Assembly (NCBI GenBank): GCA_023133415.1
Contig: JAGLWM010000004.1
Span: forward strand, 3,574-67,573
Direction of reading: 5' to 3'
Length of the DNA: 64,000 nucleotides
Source: Candidatus Pacearchaeota archaeon
GTDB taxonomy: Archaea > Nanobdellota > Nanobdellia > Pacearchaeales > GW2011-AR1
Under the pieces are notes generated by a model. That model was not told the DNA's origin. It saw only the letters and a list, made by a program, of their open reading frames with translations, and searched no databases. Below, in pieces: positions 9,904 through 18,492 of this stretch; position 1 is the first letter of the stretch, and each line of letters begins with the position of its first letter. The translations under genes and the position numbers were made by a program.

Positions 9904-10173
9904 ATGTTTGGATTTGGAAATGAAATATTTATTCTTGTAATGGTTTTGGTTTCTGCGGGTTTGATAATTGGAATCGCGGACAATATTCCTAAATTAGGAA
10001 TAATCTTTTTTACCATCCTCGCTTTGGCTGCTTGTCCTATTGTGACCATTCTTGTTGAGATTTATAGTGATCTCAGTATGGCGTTACTCTTTTTGCCATA
10101 TGTTCTTATGGTATCAACAGTGGGAATTGTGAAATGTGCAGGTAACTTGTTGGGCAAGAAGAAAGATTACTAG
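9904..10173 (+). CDS. small integral membrane protein
   Basis: MFGFGNEIFILVMVLVSAGLIIG.. has 3 predicted TM helices. GGAGG lies 6 nt upstream of the ATG. Confidence 0.55.
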   Translation: MFGFGNEIFILVMVLVSAGLIIGIADNIPKLGIIFFTILALAACPIVTILVEIYSDLSMALLFLPYVLMVSTVGIVKCAGNLLGKKKDY

Positions 10174-10228
10174 GAGGAGGGTTTGTGTGTGTTTTTGTTT
10201 TTTTAACTTTTTTAGAGGAGGAAATATT

Positions 10229-11131
10229 ATGAAGAAGATGATTGTTGTTGGGATAGTTATTATGATGTTTGGAATGGCTGAGATTGTTTTTGCTGGAGGG
10301 ATTACTGGAGGTACAACTCGGAATACCACAAATCGGCAGAGGCAGCAGGCACAGCAAAGAATGGATAACCAGCAGTGCAAGGATCCTGGTGTTTCTCAGG
10401 AGACTCTTAACATGGGAAAGAAGATTCTTAATAAGGTTTATCCTGTAACTGAAACTATGGAGAGGTTGATTAGGGGAATGAAGTGGGCGGCTGATAAACA
10501 GAGAGATGGTGGAGGCGTTCCGCCTACTGGTTCTACGGTGAAGGGGAATCCTGAGCTTGTTGGGATAAAAAGCTCGAATTTTTATAACGAAACTAAAAGA
10601 TATGTGGAATCTGGGGCGCTATTTCGGGCCATGTGGAACAACTTAAATAAAGTTATTGGAGTAAAGGACATTTGCCCGGGCGGTTTTCTTGTAGCTGTGG
10701 ATTTTAATAGAGGCGGGAGACAATATTATGAAATCCGCTCTTTTGAATTTCCTCTTCCTGAAGAAGTTATTTCTAAAATTGAAGAAGTTAATAATACATA
10801 TTGGAATGTTAGAACGATTAGGGATAACAATCTTCAATCGCTTGGCTTTATTACCGTTAATCAGCTCCGTAAGCATGGAAGGCGGGGTCGTGACTTCAGG
10901 ACTGGTGCTCTTTATAAATGGGATCTGTGGAAATTTTCTTATAAAAGAAATAGTGGATACTGGTTTCTGGCTATAGATATAGCTAGTAAAATTTATATTC
11001 CATCTGCTGATTTTCAGGAAAAATTTCTTCGAGAAGAAACAATAGAATTTTTAAAGGATACCCAGCGATTTTCTGGATCTGAACATAAAGCTATCATGTA
11101 TAAAAAAATTCCAGATACTTGGAAAAAATAG
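10229..11131 (+). CDS. secreted hypothetical protein
   Basis: MKKMIVVGIVIMMFGMAEIVFAGG signal peptide. A third copy of the leader cassette with GGAGG precedes ATG 10229. The track start 10136 runs through the cassette. Confidence 0.6.
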   Translation: MKKMIVVGIVIMMFGMAEIVFAGGITGGTTRNTTNRQRQQAQQRMDNQQCKDPGVSQETLNMGKKILNKVYPVTETMERLIRGMKWAADKQRDGGGVPPTGSTVKGNPELVGIKSSNFYNETKRYVESGALFRAMWNNLNKVIGVKDICPGGFLVAVDFNRGGRQYYEIRSFEFPLPEEVISKIEEVNNTYWNVRTIRDNNLQSLGFITVNQLRKHGRRGRDFRTGALYKWDLWKFSYKRNSGYWFLAIDIASKIYIPSADFQEKFLREETIEFLKDTQRFSGSEHKAIMYKKIPDTWKK

Positions 11132-11340
11132 TAGCTTGCGTAAAGTTCCTGACATTGTTCTATTGTGAAGATTAAAATCCTTAATTCAAAAATAATCCTA
11201 TAAAATTTATGTGTGGAATATTAATACATTCCACACATAAATTTTTTTTGCTTATGTGGTTACCATTGATTACCACTAAAAGTTTTGCTTTCAGAGAAAC
11301 TAGAAAATAGATAGTGAGGGTGGATGATGGGAATAATAGA

Positions 11341-11350
11341 ATTTATAAAT
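11341..11350 (+). promoter_or_regulatory. TATA box, part of a roughly 40-nt block conserved with 14121-14160
   Basis: atagaatttataaataagggaatgctgtattgtttATG. TATA centre is about 26 nt from ATG 11371. Confidence 0.55.
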
Positions 11351-11370
11351 AAGGGAATGCTGTATTGTTT

Positions 11371-13182
11371 ATGGAGACTATTAGAGGTGTTGGGTTATTG
11401 CGGATTTGGTTGTTGGTTTTTGGAGTGTTTGGGTTTATGTTTGTGCTTACGGGGATGACGTCTGTTGTTGCGCAATCTGCAGTGTCGGAACCAAGTTTTT
11501 GTTGTGAGAAGACGGTAGATGGGGCTTGGTGTGTAAATGAGAAGGAAAGTGTTTGTGATGCTTCTTATAATGCTGCGCCTACCTCGTGTGAGACGACTTC
11601 ATATTGTAGGCTTGGGACTTGTTATGATTCGGTTGAGGGAATTTGTATGGAGAATACGCCGCAGAGAGTTTGTAACGATAATGGTGGGACTTGGGATGCT
11701 CGGGAGATTGAGGAGGTGGCACAGTGTCAGCTTGGATGTTGTGTGATTGCGGATCAGGCAGCATTTGTTTCGCTGGTTCGATGTAAGAGGTTGTCGACTT
11801 TGTATGGGGTTGAAAGTGATTATAGGACGGATGTTTTTAATGAGATTGATTGTATCGCTGAAGCACAGGCGCAAGATATTGGGGCGTGTGTTTATGAAAA
11901 GGAGTTTGAGAGAATTTGTGAGTTCACGACTCGGGGAGAATGTGGAGCTGGAGAGAGGGTTGAGACTTTGGATCAGACGAATATTAGTTTGGGTAGTGAG
12001 AGGACTTTTTATGAGGATTTTCTTTGTTCGGCGGAGGAGTTGAATACGGCTTGTGCGCGGCAGACTGGGACGACTTGTTATCAGGGGGATGTTTATTGGT
12101 TGGATTCTTGTGGGAATCGGGAGAATGTTTATTCGAGTGATAGAGTGAGGAGTTGGAATAATGGTCGAGTTGCGGAGGCGGATAAGGTTTGTAATAGGAA
12201 TGACGGGACGAATATGAATTGTGGGAATTGTGATTATTTGCTTGGGAGTCGGTGTGCGGAGTTTGAGGGCATAATTGGTGGACCTGCTGGGAGTGATCAT
12301 TATTGCCAGAAAACTGAGTGTGTGGATCGGGATGGAAACAAAAGGATGAATGGGGAGTCGTGGTGTGTGAGGGGCGCTTCGTTGATGGGTGACGGGTTGG
12401 ATGCTGTTGGATCAAGATATTTTAAGGAAGTTTGTATTGATGGCAATGTAAGGGTTGAACCATGCGCTGATTTTAGAAATGAGATCTGTTTAGAAGGGAG
12501 TATAGAAACAAGTGATGGTGATTTTGGGACGGCGGCTTGTCGTGTGAATAGATGGCAGGATTGTGTTTTGCAGGAAGAAGAGGAGGATTGTTTAAATATT
12601 GATCAGAGAGATTGTTTGTGGTTGCCTAGTGTTATGGGAATGATTTTGGGAGGTGGGCAGAGTGGAGAGGGGGTTAGTTATAGTAATCCGACAGCCAGTG
12701 AGCCGGCGTTTAGTAATCCTACGGCAACTGGGAGTGTTATTGCTTCGATAACTGGGTATTCGATTTTTGGGGATGATGAGGAAGAAGGGGAAGAGGGGAC
12801 TACGACGAATAGACCGGATGGAGTTTGTGTTGCGAATTTTCCTCCGGGTTTAGAGTTTTGGGAAGAGAGTAGTGCGCGGCAGATTTGTGGGCAGGCGAAT
12901 GCTAGGTGTGTTGTTGTTTATGAGAAAGGTTTGATTGGAGGGAGTAAAATTGTTGAGGGGAGAGAATGTTTGGAGGAGGTTTGGGCTTTGGGTGCGAATC
13001 GGGTTTGTGCTGGACTTGGGGATTGTGGCGGTTATGTGAATTATGGGGGTGTTTATAGCGATGACGGATATAAGTGGGTTGTTGATGGAGAAGATAAGGA
13101 GTTTAGTCCGAATGCAGTGAATATTGTGAGTGGTGGGTTTACGGGTCGGGTTATTAGTTTGGTCAGTGGATGGTTGGAATAG
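11371..13182 (+). CDS. secreted cysteine-rich protein, paralog of the N-terminal half of 4392..8621
   Basis: Shared blocks: Y(F/W)(V/L)DSCGN..N(I/V)Y, CGNC, NGESWCV, VGSR(H/Y)(W/F)K(Y/E)VC, EPCAD(Y/F)RN(Q/E)IC, GLGDCGG(S/Y)VN. Ends before any TM block. Confidence 0.8.
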   Translation: METIRGVGLLRIWLLVFGVFGFMFVLTGMTSVVAQSAVSEPSFCCEKTVDGAWCVNEKESVCDASYNAAPTSCETTSYCRLGTCYDSVEGICMENTPQRVCNDNGGTWDAREIEEVAQCQLGCCVIADQAAFVSLVRCKRLSTLYGVESDYRTDVFNEIDCIAEAQAQDIGACVYEKEFERICEFTTRGECGAGERVETLDQTNISLGSERTFYEDFLCSAEELNTACARQTGTTCYQGDVYWLDSCGNRENVYSSDRVRSWNNGRVAEADKVCNRNDGTNMNCGNCDYLLGSRCAEFEGIIGGPAGSDHYCQKTECVDRDGNKRMNGESWCVRGASLMGDGLDAVGSRYFKEVCIDGNVRVEPCADFRNEICLEGSIETSDGDFGTAACRVNRWQDCVLQEEEEDCLNIDQRDCLWLPSVMGMILGGGQSGEGVSYSNPTASEPAFSNPTATGSVIASITGYSIFGDDEEEGEEGTTTNRPDGVCVANFPPGLEFWEESSARQICGQANARCVVVYEKGLIGGSKIVEGRECLEEVWALGANRVCAGLGDCGGYVNYGGVYSDDGYKWVVDGEDKEFSPNAVNIVSGGFTGRVISLVSGWLE

Positions 13183-13289
13183 GGGATTTTTGTTTCTTTG
13201 GGTTGGGTAGATAATGTGAATGACCTTGTTGTTGCTTTGGAATGACAACTTATGGAAAGATTTATAAAATATTTTATCTTGGATATTGT

Positions 13290-14120
13290 ATGAGTCTTGT
13301 GGATTATGTCTCGAAAACTGGAGAAAAGGTTGGGGAATTTGGTAGTCGAATTTATGATGTTGCTTCTGCTTCAAAGAAGGCGGTGAATACGGGATTGGTT
13401 GGGTTGGCTATGTGTGGACTTGTTGCGACTTCTGGATGCTTGAGCACTTATGGGAAAATGGCTGCCAGGGATTTGGCTTATACTGGAATGCAACAGGCAG
13501 TTGTGAGTGGAGTTCGGAGTGAGCTTGAAGGAAGAAGGGATGGTCAGAGGGTGGTGGAGAGGAGTAGCAATACAAGAAGAAGGGATAACCAGAGGGAAGT
13601 GGGGAATAATCGTGGAGATGTGGCGAATGGGAATAGGGGGGTGCAATATGTGAGAGAGCGAGAATTAGTTGTGCAATATTATAAAGATTTTAATGGAAAT
13701 AGAATATTAGATACTGGGGAAATTTTAGGGGATGTTGAAGAATCAGTTAATTTGGATAGGTATGGATTGTTGGTTGGATTAGGGACGTCGTCTCCTTTAC
13801 CAATAATTTATTTTGTTTTGGATTCTAATGAAAACAAAGTTTCACAGGGAAGGAGTGAAGGAGAGAGAGTTGGGTGGGGATATATTACTTCTTCAAATGT
13901 TTTTGCAGGAGATTGGATAGATAACTTGAATGGAGCAAGTAAAGAAAGGCCTGGGGAATATACTATTTATGTTCAGCAAGATGGATGTTCTAAAATTTTT
14001 AAGAAAAAAATTAATATCACGAGGGATTCGATGGGGTCTTCTTCTGAGCAATCTTTTAATGAGTCTTTTATTAGGGATAATCCTGTTGAATCTTTTATTA
14101 ATGAATCTTCTATTTGGTGA
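13290..14120 (+). CDS. membrane-anchored hypothetical protein
   Basis: TATA gatttataaaat at 13259-13270 lies about 27 nt upstream of ATG 13290. Single hydrophobic segment GLVGLAMCGLVATSGC. Sits between the two halves of the split paralog. Confidence 0.55.
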   Translation: MSLVDYVSKTGEKVGEFGSRIYDVASASKKAVNTGLVGLAMCGLVATSGCLSTYGKMAARDLAYTGMQQAVVSGVRSELEGRRDGQRVVERSSNTRRRDNQREVGNNRGDVANGNRGVQYVRERELVVQYYKDFNGNRILDTGEILGDVEESVNLDRYGLLVGLGTSSPLPIIYFVLDSNENKVSQGRSEGERVGWGYITSSNVFAGDWIDNLNGASKERPGEYTIYVQQDGCSKIFKKKINITRDSMGSSSEQSFNESFIRDNPVESFINESSIW

Positions 14121-14127
14121 TGATAGA

Positions 14128-14137
14128 ATTTATAAAT
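14128..14137 (+). promoter_or_regulatory. TATA box, duplicate of the 11341 promoter block
   Basis: atagaatttataaataagggaatgttgtattgtttATG. Confidence 0.55.
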
Positions 14138-14157
14138 AAGGGAATGTTGTATTGTTT

Positions 14158-16242
14158 ATGAAGATTGGCATTAGAGGTATTGCATTGTTGCAAGTTTGGT
14201 TGTTGGTTTTTGGAGTTGTTGGATTTGTATTTATGATGGGGAGTGTGAGTGGGGTTAAGCATGGTCCATATATTGGGACTGTTGATATTACTCCTTATGA
14301 CATAATTGATTATTCCTCTGACCCTAAACCCTCTTCTCTTAATACCCCTGTTCCAGGGGAGACTGTTGTAAAGGAGACTGTTATAGAGGAGACTGTTGTA
14401 GAGGGGGCTGTTTCTGGTTCTGATTCTTATCTTTCTAAATTATTCGGATTACAAAAAGGTGGTGGACCGAGTGCTCTTGCTACTGGTTTGCAGTGGGCGG
14501 TAGTTGCTTATTTTGCTGGGACGATGATTGGAGATCTTGTCGGGTTGAATGAGGATAACAGTAAGGCTTTGGGTGCGGCGATGGCGGCTGGTGTTGGGAC
14601 TTATGTTTTTTTAGATACTTATACGAGTAGTGCTTTGCTTGGGGAAGGTGGTCAGCTTGCGTTTTTGGGAGCTAATCCTCCTTTGGTTGGCTTGGGTGTT
14701 GGAGTTGTTGTTTTTGCTTTGATGTATAAGGATGTTGATACGGAGGTTGTGACATTTAATTGTATGCCGTGGCAGGCGCCGATTGGTGGGGATGATTGTG
14801 AGATTTGTAATGATGAGGAGTTGCCTTGTAGTGAGTATAGATGTAGATCTTTAGGGCAGAATTGTGAGATTGTGAATGTGGGAACTACCGACGAGAAATG
14901 TGTGAATGTGAATCCTGGGGATGTTAATCCTCCGGTGATTGCGCCTAAGTATGATGCTTTGACTGCTGGATATGAATATCGGAATGTGAAGCTTTCGCCA
15001 CCGGGGCCTGGTTTTGAAATTGTGAATGTTGCATCCGCAGATGGTTGCTTGAAGGCTTTTACTCCGTTGGAATTTGGTTTGACTTTGAATGAGCCGGGAC
15101 AGTGTAAGATTGATTTTAATCATACGGAAAAGTTTGACGATATGGTTGCGTTTGTTGGGGGGAGTAATTTGTTTTCTTATAATCATAGTGAGGCATTTAG
15201 TTTGCCTGGGGCGAAGGATTTGAGTGATAATGGTTTTGTTTTGGAGAATGGGAAGGATTTGACTTTCTTTGTGAGGTGTCGAGATAAGAATGGGAATGAG
15301 AATTCGGCTGAGTATGCTATTAATTTTTGTATTGACCCTAGTCCTGATAATACGGCTCCAAAGATTGAGGCGACTTCGATTGTGAATGGTGGGTGTGTTG
15401 CGGAGGAGCAAGATACCGCGAATGTTGTGTTTTATACTAACGAGCCGGCGAATTGTAGATGGGATTTTCAGGATCAGGATTATGATTTGATGGCTAATGG
15501 CATGGATTGTGAGAATCAGTTTTGGCAGGCTAATGCGGCGCAGTTGTTTGGGTGTTCTGCGGAGTTGACTGGGATTGCGAGAGATGGCACGACTTTTTAT
15601 GTGAGATGTAAGGATCAGCCTGGGAAAGATGAGGCGGATAGGAATGAAAATAGGGAAAGTTTTGAGTTTAATTTGAGAGGAAGTGTGGGCTTGGTTTTGA
15701 GGAACTTGAAGCCGAATGAGACTATTTTTAGTGGGGTGAGTCCTAGTCCGATTGAGCTTTATGCCGAGACATTGTTTGGTTGTAATAATGGGAGAGCTAT
15801 TTGTGCGTGGTCTGATGATGGAACGAATTATATTCAGTTTTTTGATACGGATAATGAGGATGGGATTCATACTCAGAGATTAGATTTGGTGGGTGGTGAG
15901 CATAAATATTTTGTGAGATGTGTTGACGCTGGAGGAAATTTGGTTGAGGATGTTGCAAGTTTTAGGTTGGATATTGATGTGGATGCTCCGGTGATTGCGA
16001 GAGTTTATGAGGAAGGGCAGATGTTGAAGATTGTGACTGTTCGGAATAGTGAGTGTTCTTATAGTCATGATAATTGTGACTTTATGTTTGGTGAGGGGAT
16101 AGAGATGCCTTATGGGAATACGACTGTTCATGTTGCGGAGTGGGATGAGAAGAAGACTTATTATATCAAATGTCGAGATGAGTTTAGGAATGAGGACGCT
16201 GATTGTTCTATAGTGGTGCGGCCTACTAGTGATTTTATTTGA
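14158..16242 (+). CDS. membrane/surface protein, paralog of the C-terminal half of 4392..8621
   Basis: Gly-rich TM block, then F(N/E)C(M/K)PW(Q/K)AP(I/L)GG(D/S)DCE.CN..(L)PCSEYRC.SLG..CE(I/L)VN, and Ig-like modules with the ..CRWD.. motif. The signal peptide is almost identical to that of 11371..13182. Confidence 0.8.
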   Translation: MKIGIRGIALLQVWLLVFGVVGFVFMMGSVSGVKHGPYIGTVDITPYDIIDYSSDPKPSSLNTPVPGETVVKETVIEETVVEGAVSGSDSYLSKLFGLQKGGGPSALATGLQWAVVAYFAGTMIGDLVGLNEDNSKALGAAMAAGVGTYVFLDTYTSSALLGEGGQLAFLGANPPLVGLGVGVVVFALMYKDVDTEVVTFNCMPWQAPIGGDDCEICNDEELPCSEYRCRSLGQNCEIVNVGTTDEKCVNVNPGDVNPPVIAPKYDALTAGYEYRNVKLSPPGPGFEIVNVASADGCLKAFTPLEFGLTLNEPGQCKIDFNHTEKFDDMVAFVGGSNLFSYNHSEAFSLPGAKDLSDNGFVLENGKDLTFFVRCRDKNGNENSAEYAINFCIDPSPDNTAPKIEATSIVNGGCVAEEQDTANVVFYTNEPANCRWDFQDQDYDLMANGMDCENQFWQANAAQLFGCSAELTGIARDGTTFYVRCKDQPGKDEADRNENRESFEFNLRGSVGLVLRNLKPNETIFSGVSPSPIELYAETLFGCNNGRAICAWSDDGTNYIQFFDTDNEDGIHTQRLDLVGGEHKYFVRCVDAGGNLVEDVASFRLDIDVDAPVIARVYEEGQMLKIVTVRNSECSYSHDNCDFMFGEGIEMPYGNTTVHVAEWDEKKTYYIKCRDEFRNEDADCSIVVRPTSDFI

Positions 16243-16246
16243 AAAT

Positions 16247-16346
16247 CACTGGGGGTTCATAAAAGCTTTGCTTTTATGGAGGGGTTCAGCTTTGCTGGAG
16301 GGGTTCAATCACTTCGTGATTGGGGAGTTCATGCTTCGCATGGAGA
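16247..16346 (+). repeat. array of four GGTTCA-[variable stem]-CTT(T/C)G-[stem']-TGGAG hairpin units
   Basis: ttcataaaagctttgcttttatgga, ttcagctttgctgga, ttcaatcacttcgtgattgg, ttcatgcttcgcatgga. Confidence 0.8.
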
Positions 16347-16388
16347 TTTGGCGGAGGGTTTTTAACTTTGTGAGTTTTTTGTTTTCTT

Positions 16389-16751
16389 ATGTGGAATATT
16401 GAGGGGTTAGATGTTTATAGAAAAATTTGTGATTTAATAAAGAAAGTTTATGGGTTAATTGGGATGCTGCCTAGCGAGGAGAAGTTTGCACTTGGTGATC
16501 AGATGCGGCGAGCTGTTACGAGTGTTAAATTGAATATTATTGAGGGGTCGGGGAAGAGGACGAGCAAAGAATTTATTTCTTATTTGAATAATGCAATGGG
16601 GAGTTTGCGTGAGGTTCGTGGGTGCGTTGAAGTTGGGGTTGATTTGGGATATTTTGTAAAGAGTGGGAGAAAAGAGACTAATGAGATTAAACGGATTGAA
16701 AGATTGTTGGCTGGATACATCAAATATGTTGAAAAGAAAAATGTTAAGTGA
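16389..16751 (+). CDS. four-helix-bundle protein (23S rRNA intervening-sequence protein / Avd-like family)
   Basis: DVYRKICDLIKKVYGLIGMLPSEEKFALGDQMRRAVTSVKLNIIEGSGKRTSKEFISYLNNAMGSLREV is the family hallmark pattern. Confidence 0.8.
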   Translation: MWNIEGLDVYRKICDLIKKVYGLIGMLPSEEKFALGDQMRRAVTSVKLNIIEGSGKRTSKEFISYLNNAMGSLREVRGCVEVGVDLGYFVKSGRKETNEIKRIERLLAGYIKYVEKKNVK

Positions 16752-16868
16752 GTTACAAAAGCTTTGCTTTTGTGGAGGGGTTCAATCACTTCGTGATTGG
16801 AGAGGTTCAGCTTTGCTGGAGGGGTTCAATCACTTCGTGATTGGGAAGGTTCATGCTTCGCATGGAGA
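16752..16868 (+). repeat. second array (five units) of the same hairpin family, flanking the four-helix-bundle gene
   Basis: Units as at 16247-16346 in a different order. ORF 16663..16881 is an artefact of it. Confidence 0.8.
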
Positions 16869-16886
16869 CTTGGTGGATTAAGTAGT

Positions 16887-16896
16887 TTTATAAAAT
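16887..16896 (+). promoter_or_regulatory. TATA box about 25 nt upstream of ATG 16916
   Basis: ttttataaaa. Confidence 0.5.
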
Positions 16897-16915
16897 GTGT
16901 GTGCTTTTGTTTTAG

Positions 16916-17413
16916 ATGGAGATGATAAATAAGAGGGGACAGCAGACTATGGGGATGCCGTTTGGGATGATTTTTGCGATTTTTTTGATTGTGGTTTTTG
17001 TTGTTATTGCTTTTGTTGCGGTTGGGTATTTTTTGGATATTGGGAGGAGTGCGAGTGTTGGGTTGTTTTATGATGAGTTGCAGACGGCGGTTGATGATGC
17101 AGTGAGGGGACAATCAAGTGAGAGAAGCTTTGATGTGGATTTGCCTTCGGGAATTGAGAAGGTTTGTTTTGCGAATTTGAGTGGGATGATTACGAATCCC
17201 GGGGCTGATTATGATGCGATTCGGAATTATGATGTTTATGATGCGAATGTTTTTTTGGTGCCGCCGGAGTATGCTCAGAATATGCAGTGGAAAAGGATTG
17301 ACCGGATTAATGTAACGCGGATTACACAGGTTGAGAATCCTTATTGTGTTGAGGTCGAGGATGGGTTGAAGATTAAGAAGGGGTTTTATGATCGATTGGT
17401 TTTTATTGAATAA
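16916..17413 (+). CDS. pilin-like protein with class III signal peptide (NKRGQQ)
   Basis: MEMINKRGQQTMGMPFGMIFAIFLIVVFVVIAFVAVGYF. Confidence 0.7.
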   Translation: MEMINKRGQQTMGMPFGMIFAIFLIVVFVVIAFVAVGYFLDIGRSASVGLFYDELQTAVDDAVRGQSSERSFDVDLPSGIEKVCFANLSGMITNPGADYDAIRNYDVYDANVFLVPPEYAQNMQWKRIDRINVTRITQVENPYCVEVEDGLKIKKGFYDRLVFIE

Positions 17414-17422
17414 AACTAATGT

Positions 17423-17530
17423 TGGCGAGAAGCGAGACTTCTCGGGGATTTGGGATTAGGTATTTGGTATTTGCGGGAAGGGGAATTGTTGCGCTCTGTG
17501 TTCGCGCTTTTGGAGACATTTTGGAAACTG
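17423..17530 (+). repeat. intergenic hairpin/GT-rich modular repeat
   Basis: gcgagaagcgagacttctcg hairpin, gatttgggattaggtatttggtatttg and ttgcgctctgtgttcgcgc modules. The last two are shared with 26590-26650. Confidence 0.65.
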
Positions 17531-17579
17531 GGAAGTAGAAAGATTTAAAATAACTATTATTGTGGTTATTATAACCTTT

Positions 17580-18098
17580 ATGGTGATTATTATGGAATTT
17601 AAGATTTTTATTGAGAAGAGCCCATTGGCTCGAAAAGTTTTTGGGAAACGGGAGATTGTGATTATTCGTAAACAGATTGCTGGGATTAATTTGACGCAGT
17701 CGGAGAAAAATAGGCTTTCCAGGGATATTCGACCGAAGTTAAGATTTATTCTGGAGGCTTCAAAATTTAGAGATGAGTTTGATTTGAAGAAGGGAAGTGA
17801 GAATAGAAAAATTGTTGAGAACGTTTTGGAGGTAATTAGGAAAGATGAGGATTTTGGGAAAATTTTGGAGATTTGGTTGTTTGGCTCGATGGTAGAGAAC
17901 AAGATGACGATTCGTTCTGATGTCGATGTTTGTGTTTTATTTGATAGGATTGGTCAAGTTGGTGCTGATAAGTTTAGATTGAGGATTTTGGGATGGCTTA
18001 GTGATAAGGCTGATGTTCAAGTGTTTAATATTTTGCCTAATAAGATTAAAAAGTCAATATTAAAAAGTCATAGGGTATTGTATAAGAGAAATGGGTGA
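17580..18098 (+). CDS. mntA: nucleotidyltransferase-domain protein (MNT-type antitoxin candidate) with N-terminal extension
   Basis: LFGSMVENKMTIRSDVDVCVLF (GS..SDxD) motif. Start uncertain (17562, 17580 or 17592). Confidence 0.7.
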   Translation: MVIIMEFKIFIEKSPLARKVFGKREIVIIRKQIAGINLTQSEKNRLSRDIRPKLRFILEASKFRDEFDLKKGSENRKIVENVLEVIRKDEDFGKILEIWLFGSMVENKMTIRSDVDVCVLFDRIGQVGADKFRLRILGWLSDKADVQVFNILPNKIKKSILKSHRVLYKRNG

Positions 18099-18492
18099 TA
18101 GAAAAGGTGATAAGATTGTTGAGATAGAAGAGTATTCGGATAAGTTGACTGAATTTTTTCCTTCTGATTTTAAAAATTATACTTCTGACGAGAAAACCAA
18201 AGCGGCATGTGAGAGATATTTTGAGAAGATTGTCGAGAGTGTTGTTGATTTGGCATTCTTTACTATTAAAGAAGAAAATTTTAGGGCGCCAGAATTTGAT
18301 AGGGAGGCATTTGAAATTTTAGCTGGGAAAAATCTAATTTCTGAGAAACTTTCTTTGAATCTTGGCAATGCGAAATCTATGCGAAATTGGTTGGCACACA
18401 GATATGGGAAAGTTGACGATAAAAAGGTGTTTGAGGCTATTCGTGATAAGTTGTTTTATGATGTTAGAGATTTTTTGGAGGCAATAAAATGA
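18091..18492 (+). CDS. hepT: HEPN/DUF86-domain protein (HepT-type toxin candidate)
   Basis: RNWLAHRYG (R-x4-H-x-Y) motif. Overlaps the MNT gene by 8 nt. Confidence 0.75.
   Translation: MGDRKGDKIVEIEEYSDKLTEFFPSDFKNYTSDEKTKAACERYFEKIVESVVDLAFFTIKEENFRAPEFDREAFEILAGKNLISEKLSLNLGNAKSMRNWLAHRYGKVDDKKVFEAIRDKLFYDVRDFLEAIK

Noticed and set aside
14851-15870. Long antisense ORFs in the track, e.g. 14851..15870 (339 aa). Others: 11599..12300, 5040..5564, 8753..9358, 19193..19873, 25166..25744, 36230..37093, 47160..47948, 53773..54312, 60865..61722, 61936..62481.
   Set aside because: They lie opposite well-supported genes and have low-complexity, Pro/Ile/Asn/Thr/Arg-rich translations. They are explained by the strong G/T bias of the coding strand, which depletes stop codons on the opposite strand.
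16247-16868. Possible CRISPR array (regularly spaced short repeats). The same question applies to the repeats at 19.4-19.6, 27.2-27.4 and 54.6-54.8 kb.
   Set aside because: The units are contiguous hairpins or tandem motifs without unique 30-40 nt spacers. Repeat lengths and sequences vary, and no cas genes are present.
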